Assembly: GCF_026210795.1 (NCBI RefSeq) | Contig: NC_089430.1 | Span: 4,402,001-4,466,000 of the forward strand | Reading direction: 5' to 3' | DNA from: Rhizophagus irregularis | Taxonomy: Eukaryota | DNA length: 64,000 nt | Shown here: positions 21,845 through 34,467 of the stretch, piece by piece | Numbering within the stretch: the first letter of the stretch is position 1 | How the letters are laid out: each line of letters opens with the position of its first letter | Made by a program: the position numbers and the translations under genes | Notes under the pieces: generated by a model | What the model was told of the DNA's origin: nothing | Database searches by the model: none | What the model saw: the letters and a program-made list of their open reading frames with translations, nothing else

Positions 21845-24800
21845 TGATGTTTTATGTTATACATTATCGGAATAATTACGGTCCATCATCAATGATTGGA
21901 ATTTAAATCGGATGATTTTTATTTGCTTTATATAGTAGCGTTTTAAAGAAATTCACATAGTTACGTTTAAACATTTCAAATTTAAAATAAACTAGCAACA
22001 AAAAAAAAAAATCCGTCCACTCCAGCATAATAAAATATGTTTAGTTTAAATATCTGTTAATATTGATACGTGTTTTTGTCAGCACTACCAATATTGAGTT
22101 AGCGTTTCTCATGCGAACTTTTGTTAAAAGGTTTAATTAATAATTGTGTAATTAAATTACTTGAAGACACATTTGTTCATTCAGTCAGTTAGTCAGTTTA
22201 TTACAGCCTAATGTTTCTCCCACAACAGCTGGCTTTATAGTGTTTCTGGCATTTTAAAAAATTAATAAAATATGCCAGATTTGGTGTTAACAGAAAAGAA
22301 AAATTGTAAGACATTTCATCAGAAGTTAAGCTAAAAATGATCATCAATTACACCGAAACTCTATTTCACTGAATTCCATTTCGTCAAAGCCATTTATCGA
22401 ATGGATATTTCGCCAAATGGACATTTTGCTGAATGGACATTTCGCCGAAATATTATTTACTCCATTTGGTTATTTTATTGATTTTATTAAATATATAAAG
22501 AAATCCTTTCTAGAAAATTAAATGTGTCTTGTTGTTTTATAATATTATATTAATCATTTTTTACTTAATTAATATTAGTCAGTTACTTGAATGTTAATGT
22601 AAAAATGTCCTGGAAAAAAAAAATCTCCAAAAATAATTTAATTTTAATTTTCATTGCGCGATGAATATTTTTATAAAAATGTTAATTCTAGTTGTAATTA
22701 AATATTCATTCACATTAAATAAATTATAAAATAATTATATTATACGTAGTATACTGTACGTAGTTAATTTAAAATTAAAAAGACTAATTAAAGTATCGAA
22801 AAATAATCTAAATTTCTGGAAAATCAAAATATAATTGTTTCAGTAGGTGATAAAACATGGGTCATAAAATATATCTTGGAAGAAGTCTGGCTCACTCACA
22901 TATTCATTCAAACAGGTATAATAGTAGACAATTGATTATTTCACCAGAATTTATCCCAATATTTGAAGCTAATGATAGGTTAGTGTTTGTGTGACTAACG
23001 TTTAGATTAGCCTGTATAAATTAATTTTGAATTGCTGATCTGTATTTTTTATAGTTAAGACTTAAGACACGCTAGTCACGTTGTATATCTAATCCAATTC
23101 CGGTTAATGAAATTTTAATCAGAATTTTTTTTTTCCAAATATTACAAGGCGTAACCGTCGCGTTGCGCCGGGGATGATACTTGAATAAGGTCTAGTTTTT
23201 TACTATTATTATGATGGCATTAGTAGGAAATAAATGTAATAAATTACACAATTTATATGATTATACAAATAACAATGGATCGTGTGCAAGTGATATACAG
23301 TATATGAAATATTATTATTAGGTGCAAATTTATTATCATATGAAACAAATGTTGTAGTACTGTGAAATTTACAAATTCATTACAAAAACAACTTCGCATA
23401 AGTAGTTTATTGTTACATTGTTACAAAAAAACCTTTTTTTTTATCTTAAAAAATTCCATTGTACCATTAAAAAATTACATCCTCTAGAAAAAAAAATATC
23501 TCACTAATTAATATGAAAAAAAAAAATTCCCAGAAAATTTAATTATAACGATTTAATGTTACAAAGAATAAATAAATAAGTAATTATGTTAGTCTGTTAT
23601 TGAGTTTGATACAAAAAAAAATATTATTATTATTAATAATAAGAATCGGGAAAATTTATTCGGGAAAAAAAAAATTTGGTTTGAAGGAAAAAAGCCAAAC
23701 CAAACGAAAAAGGAAAAGGAGAATAAAATTTTCGGATTGGAAAAAAAGCCAACCGGAAAAAAACAAAAAAAAAACAAAAAAATTTTGAAAAAGTAAAAAC
23801 GAAAAAAAAAATTGTGGGAGGAACAAAGAGAAAAATCGGGTTGAAAAAAGAAACTGAAAAGGAAAAAGAAAGAAAACAAAAAAATTTGGGGGAAAAGAAA
23901 AAGGATAAAGAAAGAAATCGGTTTAAAAAAAAAATAAGTACCGGAAAAAAATTCTGAAAAAAAAGGACAATAATTCGGTCCAAAAAGACCGAAAAAAAAT
24001 CCAAAAAAAAAAATTAGACCGAAAAAAAATAATATAAAAAATAATAATAATACGAAAATTGTTTTTTTTTTAAAAAAAAAAGGAAAAGAAAAAGGTGTTT
24101 TGGAAGAGAAAGGAGGAAATATGAAAAAAAGAAAGAACTAATTAACTAATTGTAAAAAGATAAAAAAAAAATGAAAATTAAAAAAAAAGGGAAACCGAAA
24201 AAAATAAATATATTTGAAAAAAAAAAAAATTTCCGATTAAAATTTCATTAACCGGAATTGGATTAGATGACTTGCCGATTAACTATAAAGAATACGGATC
24301 AGCATTTCAAATTTTAATTTTTTTTTCCAATTCCCAACCAATCAGTTCCCCTTTTTTAATTTTGGTTCTTTCTTTTTTTCATTTCTTTTCCTTTTTTTCT
24401 TTTTTTTAAAAAATTTTTCGTTTTTTTTCCTTTTTCTTTTTTTTTTGTCTTTTTTTCATTCTTTCTCCATTTAGATTTGGTTTTTTTTCCAAAACCGAAA
24501 AATAATTTTTTTTTTTATCATTGATTAATACTATTATTTTGGTCCTTTAAGACATTATTTGTTTTTTTGATCTTTTTTTTTTAGACCGATTTCTTTCTTT
24601 ATCTTTATTCTTTCCCCAAATTTTTTTTCTTTTTCTTTCTAATTTTTTTTTATTATTTCTTTCTTTTTCCTTTTCGGTTTCTTTTTTCAACCCGATTTTT
24701 CTCTTCGTCCCTCCACAATTTTTTTTTTTCAGTTTTCTCGAATTCTTTAAACTATTTCTTTTTTTCATGTTGGCTTTGACTTTTTTTCCAATCTGAAAAA

Positions 24801-24951
24801 ATTTTTTCACCTTTTCTTTTTTCGGGTTGGCTTTTTTTCCAAACTGAATTTTTCACCATTTAGGTTTAGATCGGGTGATCGCAGGCAACGGTAAGCACCT
24901 TTTTTTTCGTTTCTTTTTTTCTTATGATAAATTTTTGATTTTTTTTACTAA

Positions 24952-25177
24952 GGCCATACAAACTTGATTTTATGGTTTTCATAATATAAAAATTTCATCA
25001 ATAACCCGGCAACCCGGCTTTTAATTTTTTTTTTCAAAAATTTTATATGCGAAATTTTTTTTCAATTTTTAAAAAATTCTCACCCGGCATAGTAATAATA
25101 TAAAAAATTTCTTTTTAAGACTTAACAAAACTAACCCGGCCGGACTATGAAAACCATTTTTACCACTTTGTGTCGCC
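24952..25177. mobile_element. 226-bp PIF/Harbinger-type (Tourist-like) MITE
   Basis: TIRs GGCCATACAAACT versus reverse complement GGCGACACAAAGT. TAA duplication at 24949-24951 and 25178-25180. Empty site with one TAA at 12365-12367. Four internal ACCCGGC motifs. Confidence 0.9.
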
Positions 25178-25969
25178 TAATACTTTTTACCCTTAATATT
25201 TTTTTTTTTAACGAAGACTTTATTAGTACACATTGTAATCAAACCCATATTCACCATACATACATTTTCTATTAAATTTATATTGAAACCTACATCAAAT
25301 AAAACCTAGCTAATTTGAAACTTGTAACTACTAAAATTACTTTATATAAATTTCATTTCCGGTCCTCTTCCGATCTTTTTTTTCAACCCATTTTTTTTTA
25401 TTTGTTTTTTAGATCTGTGATCGGATTAACGCTATGGCATTACTCCATTACAGTCAGCGTCTTTTTTTCCGATTCTTATTTTTAATAATAATTATTTTCC
25501 TGATTATTTTATTTTTTTTGCTAAAATTTTTTTTTGTTCTTTCAAGTAATATAATCAAAATAAATGATTTTTTTATTTGAATAAACATGTTTCACATGAT
25601 TTTTTAGTTAGGATAAATATATTTTTTTATTTAGCATAAAATTGGTTAAATTGAAGATTAATAAATTATAATTTTTAAATTACATAGATAATTTTTTCAT
25701 CTAAATGATTAGTATAATACTTATATTAATATTGTTCATTTCTTTTATTAATAACAACTGAAGTTATATTTATAATAAAAGCATTCAAGTAAGAATAAAA
25801 AATTATTTTATTATATAAACCAATATTTTTTTAATTGTAAATGAAAAAAAACTATTTCAACCAATAGTGACTATCCATTTAATCAATTTAATCACTAAAA
25901 TAATCTATAGATTTTTTATTTATATCTCTACTTATAAAATATGATATTTTTTATGTAAAAAACGTTAAT

Positions 25970-26001
25970 CCCGGTGCAAAGCAATGGCGGGTGACTGCTA
26001 G
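25970..26001 (+). mobile_element. Helitron-like 3' terminus
   Basis: CCCGGTGCAAAGCAATGGCGGG imperfect hairpin, then TGACTG-CTAG followed by T. Confidence 0.55.
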
Positions 26002-26845
26002 TTAGTAATTAAAAAACATACAAATGATTTTCGTAAAATTGTTGATGTGAACCACATGCTGATATCTACCACTTATTTGGAATTATAACAAAAGGAATTA
26101 AAGCTTCATTATAAAAACTTCAATTTATTATCTCTAAGCTATAACGATTATTCATGATAGTTATTACTTCCAATTATCAATAGATTTAAAAGTATATTTT
26201 GATGACCTTTTTTTGTTAGGATAAAAAGAACGAATTACTTTCCTCTCGTCGACCAAATAATATTAAAAGGGTGAGATATTTATGATTCCTCTGAAGGAGA
26301 TCAAGTAAGATTTAGTTAAGATTTTCCACCAATCACTCGAAAAACTTTATCTTGATGGAAATATATTTTACTCCTGTACTTTAATATATCTAAATATAAA
26401 TAAATAAATTATTTACTTAACGTGCATTATTAAATATTTGAGTCTTTTTAATCTAATAATTTTTAATTCATAATTGTTCAAAGCGCAGCGGAGGACATCT
26501 GCGTTCGTCTATCCGCACGTAATCAGTGATCTTGGTTATATATAAATTCAATTTTACCATGTGCAACATCCGGTTTAAGGTTAAGATAGGAAAGTTAATT
26601 CCATAAACATTCTTTAAATGCACCAGTAACGTATCGTTTTTAAGAAAAAAATATAAAAAAATCTACCGACGATTCGACTGATAATTTTAGCTTATTTAGA
26701 CTTAAATTAAGCCATTTCTTAATCGATTGAGTTTAAATACCGAATTAAGTATTACAATTAAGTATTACACTTTATTTATTTATTTATCATTAAAATCACA
26801 AAATAGTCAATTACTCAATAATAAAAAATTAACCTAAAATAAAAA

Positions 26846-28343
26846 TCAAAATTTTTCTACAATAAAAGTTTCAATTTCTTCAATATTATAAATTATTTCT
26901 GTACTTAGAATATTATTATAATTATCTTTAAAATTATTAAGATACAAATTATGATTAACCACACATAATGAACCCTGACCAAAATTAAATCCATGATCAC
27001 CACGAACCAATATAGCTTTACTTTCATTTACTACACGTCCTATTCTCATATTTCGAGTATCACTACCATTTTCAAAAGTAAAAATAAAATTATCTGATGA
27101 ACTATAATATCTTAAATTATTTTCAACAATATAATTATCTCCTAATGAATTAAGTCCAATAGAACTATATCCACCAAAGATTATATTGGATTGTTTAGTT
27201 TTAATTAAAACTAAACTTGCTACTCTTCCATTACATTTATTTTTGATTGAATTATTATTAATTCCATTCCGTCTACCACGATAAATAAGATTAAATTTAT
27301 AATATGGATCATTACCAGTACGAATATATTTAACATGTTGTTTATCAATCCAATTAATAATTACTTTTACTAGTTCTGATTCAATAATATTTGATTTAAT
27401 TTTAATTTTTCTAAGTGATGAAAATGCTAAAGATGGAAAAGTTCCTTTATGGTAATATTTTTCAATTTCTTTATAAATGAATTTAGGAATAATAGCTTTA
27501 TAAGGAAAGACTTTATCAACTATATCCTCACGAGAAATTCCTGCATACCGAATGAGAAGGAAAAAGTTAGCTATATTTTTCTTCAATGCTTCGTAATTCT
27601 CATTATTCCAATTGGTTCTATCGCTTTCCAAATCAGGCGTTTGTTCAATACCCCATTGGATTAAACAATCCCAAATCGCAATTTCTTTAACTTGTAAATC
27701 ATCTCTACTAAGTAAATTATGAAGGATATCTTTATCTATTGAAAGAAAAGTTTTTGAAGTAATAAATGGTAATGAATTGGCACTGAAAAATTCAAAACAA
27801 CATTCTTTCAACTTCTTACAACCGACAAGTTTATAAACTGCATTAAGAACAAAAAACAAATTTTGATAAATCCAACTAGTTTGTTTCAAAATTAAATAAT
27901 CTTGTACAAATTCGAATAATTCCTCAAGAAGTAATTCATCAGATGCAATCAACAATTCAAGAATATTTTCACCCGATTGCTTAGTTAAATCAAGTTCACT
28001 GGTGTAAATATATCTTTAATTAAAATAAATATAAATATATTATTATTACTATATAATATAATAAAATTAATAAAAAAAAAACATCTTACCTTAAAATCAT
28101 GTCAAAAACGATTGGAGTAACATTTGGTTTATTAAACATAATCATATTATCTTTCTTTTCAATCCAATTTGAAGAAAGTGCCCCTTTAAAATATGAAGAA
28201 CGAGCACGTAAAATAACCGAATGTGCTCGAAATTCTTTTGTATTGTTGGTTTCACCAACTTGAATAATTACATTATAATCATCGGAATCTTCTAATATTG
28301 AGGAAAGATCTTTTGTAAGATTAAAATAAAAAAATGTAGTCAT
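26846..28343 (-). CDS. BTB/POZ-BACK-TLDc domain protein, 473 aa; exons 28343-28090 and 28013-26846
   Basis: BTB motifs DYNVIIQVGE..EFRAHSVILRARSSYF. In-frame intron at 28014-28089 (MIL R|YIYTSELDL). BACK-like LLSRDDLQVKEIAIW. TLDc-like FNLIYRG...IFGGYSSIG...NFIFTF...IEEIETF. Confidence 0.92.
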
Positions 28344-30110
28344 TTTTTTTGTTATTTATTTTTTTTTAAAAAAAAAGAAACCCTAAATGGAATTTTATAT
28401 TTAATTGTACTTGTTTTAGTTATTTATTGAAACCAAAACGGAGTTTTATATTGTTTTGGTTATTTATTGAAACCCAAACAGAGTTTTAGTTATTTATTTA
28501 GTTATACAAAAATAATTAGGCTACACAGCATGATCAGATGATTGAGTGATCTGTCCGAATATGTGTCAGGCTAAGCCTCCTTGTGGCGTAGCAATTCAAA
28601 ACAAAAAATTGCGCCTATTTCGTAATTATAGGATTTAAAAGCTTTATTTTAAAGAAAAAGTAATTTATTCTGTTCTAAAAGTTTTTTCAAAATTCAAAAG
28701 ATCTTGAATGCTATTTTTTGAAATTAATGAATGGAAAAATTTTAAATTTTTTATTGTCTTTTGCTGATCATGTTCAAAATACTGTAGATTTAACACTGTT
28801 CTGACGAAAAAAAAAAAGATATTCAAAGCGTCATTTGTCACTTCAAATTACGTTTACTTAATGAATTTTAAAAGTTATAAAGTATGTTTAAGATGTTTAA
28901 GATAATTCTGATTTTCATTTGTCCATAATGTTTTATCGGATCAAACGGATCAAAGAATGACCAGGTCATTTGATGAGAATGGCTGAGACATTTAAATTTA
29001 ATACCAGTTATTTGAGTCACATTTGAGTCATCAGCTGACAACTAATGATTTTTAATATGGTCAAAAGTGAATTCTTCATATTTATGCCAGAAAACATTAA
29101 TAAATTCAGAAAGTATATTAAAATTGTAAGTTAATTTTAGCATCTTTGCTGTTTATTTATAAAAAAAATATATATATTAATATTGCTTTTTTAATACACA
29201 AATGTTTTTTTGTTTTATGCTAACATATTTTATTTATGTACAGTACGATCGATATCCGTTCCACTTTATGTTGTTAGTCATATTTACTTTGAAAAAAAGT
29301 TACTAATTACGTCTTAAGCATGAAATTCCTACTTTAAGTAAGACTAATTCTGTTTGATATGTATTACAAATTTTGTCCAAATAAAGAATTTATTGGTCAG
29401 CCAAAAAAAATATCGACATGTTATCAATAAGCTTTATTATTGTTAGCTTTTGTTTGATAAAACAAAACAATTTATTACAAATACTTAAGTAGTTATATAC
29501 AGTGACTAAACTTAACTGGATTTGCTTAAAAATATGATTTTAAAATATTTTCTTTATTTGCACTTAAATACATAAATGTGACAGATTACTTAAATGAAAC
29601 ACTCTCTGGAATCTAGATTAATAATATTTAACACCCGAAAATCTTATTTAATTTTATACATATTATATAAGATTAAATTTGAAATTTTACTAAACCACCT
29701 AAAAATTTTAAATCTATCAATTATTCAATAAACAACTGAATTACAAAACCCTAAAACAACCTAAAACATCAAAAATAAATAAGATAAAGTTCATCTCAGT
29801 AGAATTTTCTCAATAATAAAGTAAAATTAATATTCTCTAATGTTACTGGCTTACTTAACTTAAAACATAATTCAAATTAATTATAGCTAAATAATTTATG
29901 GAAAGAGATGTTGATGGTGTGTTTCAAAATTTTTATTTGTCTTTTGATTCGCTATTTCGATCTAAAAAATAGAAGTTTAAATTTTATCTTCCTTATTAAT
30001 TTCATCGATTTTCAATTGAAAAATATCAATTTGTTAAAGATTCTAATTTATAAATAAAAAAAATTCATTAGTAATTAAATAAATTTTATATCAAAAGAAT
30101 TAAAATTTAC

Positions 30111-32928
30111 CTAAAGATTTCATGCTTATTATATTATCATTCTGTTCGTCATAATCATCGGAATTTTTTGGTTCAGGAAGATTATTGAAATTAAGTAGCC
30201 TGCTTGTATAAACAGCTTTGGAATGTGTTTCATATGACGGTAGTTTGTTGCTGGTTGGTAAACTAATGTTGATTTCTTCTGCTTCTTTAATTTGTTTTCC
30301 TATTTCTGATTGATCATCATATTCATGCCATTCATATAGAATATCATAAATTTCTCTCACTTCTGGTCGATTTAATGGATTTGCATCCAAGCACCTTTTA
30401 ATTAAATGCATAATTAATTGGGGCACTTTAATATTAAATCTTGGTCTAAGACCCAGACAAATTTTTATTGCTAAATTTTCATCATGACTTAAATCATAAT
30501 ACGGAGGTAATCCAGAAATCACTTCATACATAATTATTCCAAAACTGTAAATATCAGCAGCTTTAATATAATTATGTCCTCTTAAAATTTCAGGAGCAAT
30601 ATAAGGTAAAACACCATATATATTATTTTTTGTATTTTCTAATGCTTCATAATCTGCAGGTTTACATAATCCTACCCTATAAAAAAATTGGATACGATTT
30701 TTATAAAGTTTTTATACGATTTTTTTCCTTAGAAATAACGTATCATAATAGGATACGGAAAAATGCACAATTCCGTATCACTAAAAATATGGTTTGGATA
30801 CGGAATTTGCACGGGATTTATATGGAATTTACATGATTTGATCACTGATTTTATCACGAAATTTATACGATTTGGTCACTGAATTTACTATTTGTATTAT
30901 AGTTTACTATAATTGTATTTACATAAATCTAATTTTACTTTATTAAATTAAATAAAAAATAAAAAATAAACAAAGTACAAATACATTATGAAAATTCCCT
31001 CCTTATTAAAACCACCTATTGCAACCAAAATTATCTATAAGTTCAGGTTCATTTGGAGTCAAACAACCTAAAAGAACAAAAAAAAAGATTGGAAACAAAA
31101 CCCCCCCTCATATAGTATCTGCAATTGTCCAAGTCACCAAAGGTCAGCATTCCTACAAAAAAAGAAAGAGAACTCCAGAATGTCTGACCTACATTAAAGA
31201 AAAGAATTATGAGGCGTCTAATGAAAAAGAAACCAAAACAACAAAATAAATCCAAAACTGACCTACAAAAAAAGAAGACTCTGAAGCAACAAAATTGAAA
31301 CAACTTACAAAAAGAAAAGAATCTGAACCCAACTTACAAAAGAACAAGAAAATTTGAACTGACCTAAAAAAAGAAAAAAATCCTGAATCATCCTACAAAA
31401 AGGAAAGGACTCCCAAACTGATCTACAAAAAAGAAAAAAGAAACTGAATATTCTCACAAAAAAAAAATCTGCTGGCCTATGAAATTAAATATAAATAAAA
31501 AAGAAAGGGGAATAAAGAATAAACCAAAAAAAATATTTTTTTAAAAAGAGGGGTAACGAAGTTAGGAAAATTATAAAAAAATTTTTTTTTAAAGGGAGGA
31601 CGTCAAAGTTAGAAAAATAAAAAATTTTTTATAAAGAGGAAATAGAAATAGAAAGAAGAAATTTTTTTTAAAAAAAAGAAGAGTGAGAATAAAAGAAAAA
31701 ATTTTTTTCAAAGGAGAGTGACGAAAAAAAATTTTTTTAAAGTGAGGTACGAAAAAAAAAAATTATTTTTAAAAGGGGGTGACGAAGAAAGAAGAAAAAT
31801 TTAGAACAAAAATAAGACAAGAGAAAGAGAAAGGAAAGGAAAGACAGAAAGGAAGATCAAACTCATCAAAGTAAGGGTTTATATAAAAAACAAAAAACGT
31901 ATCATAACAAAACAATAAACAATCATGTGATCTCGTGTTATGATACGGGATTTTTGTAAAATTATCTTCTAAAAATATTAAGTTTAAAAATTCCGTATAC
32001 ATTCCGCATGATTAATTTTTTCCATATACATTTCTTATACATTAGTTTTTTTAAAAAATGTTCAAAAATGAATTGCTTATTAAATATACGGAATTTGTAT
32101 ACGGAATCTATAGAAACGTACAAAAAATGTATACAAAACGTATCCTTTCCGTATACATATTTCTTATAGGGCTATGTCAGTTATATTGAAATAATCTTGA
32201 AACTTTAATATATTACCAATATGTAAATTTTGATGAATTAGTTCATTTCCATGAATTTTTTCAAGACAAAATATAATATCATATAAATCACTAAATTTTG
32301 TATAATAATCTGTTCTATCATAATTTTTATCTAAATAATTTCGTAAATTTCCACCCTCCGCATATTCTAAAATCATCATGTAATTTTTTGTTTCTGGATC
32401 TTGTGTAATTCCATAAATTTTAATGACAGAAGAAAATATAAAATCTTTAGTCCTACAACGCATTGTAATCTAAATAAATATACATATTAGTAAAGTCATA
32501 TTTAAAAATGTCATCATATATACTAAGAAGATAGTTTTTACCTCATTGATAAATTTAGATGTAACATTTTCTGAATTATTTAAACTTTTGAGAATTACGA
32601 ACTCATTGGAACCACATCTTCTCCAATTATTATTTTTATCATCCCAACTATCAATATATCCATCATTCCATTTTGCTCTATATACTTTTCCGAAACCGCC
32701 TTCTATAACATATTCAATATCATAAAATTTATTGTAAGGTATCCATTCTAATACTTTATAACTATCAATTGCTGATAGTTGAGTTTCTTGAATTAATTTG
32801 TCAATATCATCATTACCACTAGTCCAATTTTTAAAATTTTGTTTAAAATGTATTGCATTACAAGAAATACACCATTCAAATCCAGTATTTTCTTGTTCAC
32901 ATTCTTTACAAATTCCACAACATCTCAT
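30111..32928 (-). pseudogene. TKL protein kinase paralogue disrupted by a transposon and lacking the catalytic HRD
   Basis: Exon 32928-32542, intron 32470-32541, and exon 2 split at ITDI|GLCKPADY by 30675-32171. HRD is replaced by HQN. The downstream half (YGVLPYIAPE, DIYSFG) is intact. Confidence 0.9.
30675..32171. mobile_element. 1497-bp non-autonomous TIR transposon, probably CMC/EnSpm(CACTA)-like
   Basis: Ends are CCCTATAA...TTATAGGG with an imperfect TIR of ~22 bp. 3-bp CTA duplication at 30672-30674 and 32172-32174. Many subterminal ATACG(G)/CCGTAT motifs. Removal restores the kinase frame. Confidence 0.92.
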
Positions 32929-33479
32929 AATTTAAAATTTTATTTTTGTTAAGTTGGTTGATTAAATATTGTTGACAGAAGAGTTTATTTACGTCGGAAC
33001 AATAAACTTTTTTTCATATTGTTCGATTCAACATGTTGTGTAACGAGCAGTGGGATCATTTTTTTTTTACTGCGTCAAAATACTAGATCAACATCAGGTA
33101 TTAAGTCCGTTATGAAAGTATCTTAATAGGATATTTATACCTTTTATACTATGTAATTGCTAAACTTTCCATAAAATAAACCAGTAAATAAATCTTATTA
33201 GGATATGAAATTTATCAGTATTTAACGGTTATAAATAAGATTATTCATGAGTATTATAATTTTTTGAAAAATTGACACTGACGAAAAACTTATTATTAAG
33301 TCTTATATTATTCATTATTTAAATTAAATTCCATAAAATCAATTTTCATGAATAGATTTTTTTCCAATAAATTTTGATGTTAATGACATATACTTATTTA
33401 TTTATTTATGTTTTTGAAAAAAAAAGTAGAATACAATTTAAAACTATTACATATTATAATGACGTTTAAAAGTTTGTTT

Positions 33480-34092
33480 AAGATGAATTATTAATTCAAA
33501 CAATCTAATTCATGTTTTGAGATATTTTGATATTCTAAAATCGTAGAGTGATAATGAGACAATATTATTATTAGTTACAATAAAAGCTTCAGTATTACCA
33601 TAATCATTAAGGCATAAAATTTTGATTAATCATACAGTGGTTAGAAATTTAATTGACAAAATTTCTAAATACATTTGGCGTTTGCCGAATTATCAGCAAA
33701 TAAAGAATTTTTTTGTATATGGTTCTACATTTAAAAACTTTGAGGCAATATATATGGCAACACACCATGTATCTTATTGTCTAATTTTTGTTTTATTTGA
33801 TAGTCCAGATAATCCAAAATCTTGATATATAAGAATTTCCACTAATACAAGGTCCCACGCTGAAAAGTAATAAATAATTAATTTTATCATATCATAAAAT
33901 GTTGTAAAATTGCTTAAAAAATAGTATCTCGTCTTTAGTTATTTCATAAAATTTTAAAGAATCACTTTGTAAATAATTTAATTTCCAATGTGTTTTAAGC
34001 TATTATTCAAATTAAAATTAATTAAATATATCTTAATAGTTATTAATAATAAATAAATAATTTTACCTCATTTAAAAATCGGCTGACATATT
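33480..34092 (-). pseudogene. Degraded, 5'-truncated TKL kinase pseudogene
   Basis: Minus-strand MSADFLNE|gtaaaa exon end, then LKTHWKL...LKFYEITKD, DFGLSGLSNK and NKIHGVLPYI with frameshifts. Confidence 0.7.
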
Positions 34093-34467
34093 CTGTGATC
34101 CATTTAGCTTTTTTAACTTGCGATAAAAAAATCGAAATACCTTTATTATAACGCATATTTTTTAAATATGAGGCAGAACGGAATGTTATGAAAATGAATC
34201 ATCGTGGTAAGTATGAATCGTTGCATTACTTATTTTTTTTACCTTAGTTGCTAATCTCACAAATTTAATTTATGCTTTAGTGGTAGTTTCTAAATTACTT
34301 AATCTCGCGAAAGTTCTCTTGCGGAATATAATTCTTACATAATCCGTGTGGGTGGGGAAATAGGAGTGATATAATGATTAATGGGTGGAATCGGAAATCT
34401 GATGTTTGTAGAAGGGATAGTGAAAGTCTTGTAGTTAGCAATAATAGTGATATGAACAAATTAGCAG

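Larger units (their letters stand above)
19566..25413 (+). repeat. Segmental duplication, copy 2
   Basis: Collinear with 3658-12469; carries a private MITE at 24952-25177. Confidence 0.9.

Noticed and set aside
27449..27664. Antisense ORFs over real genes (also 141-392, 37200-37430, 40919-41197, 52238-52483)
   Set aside because: Shadow frames of well-supported genes on the opposite strand.
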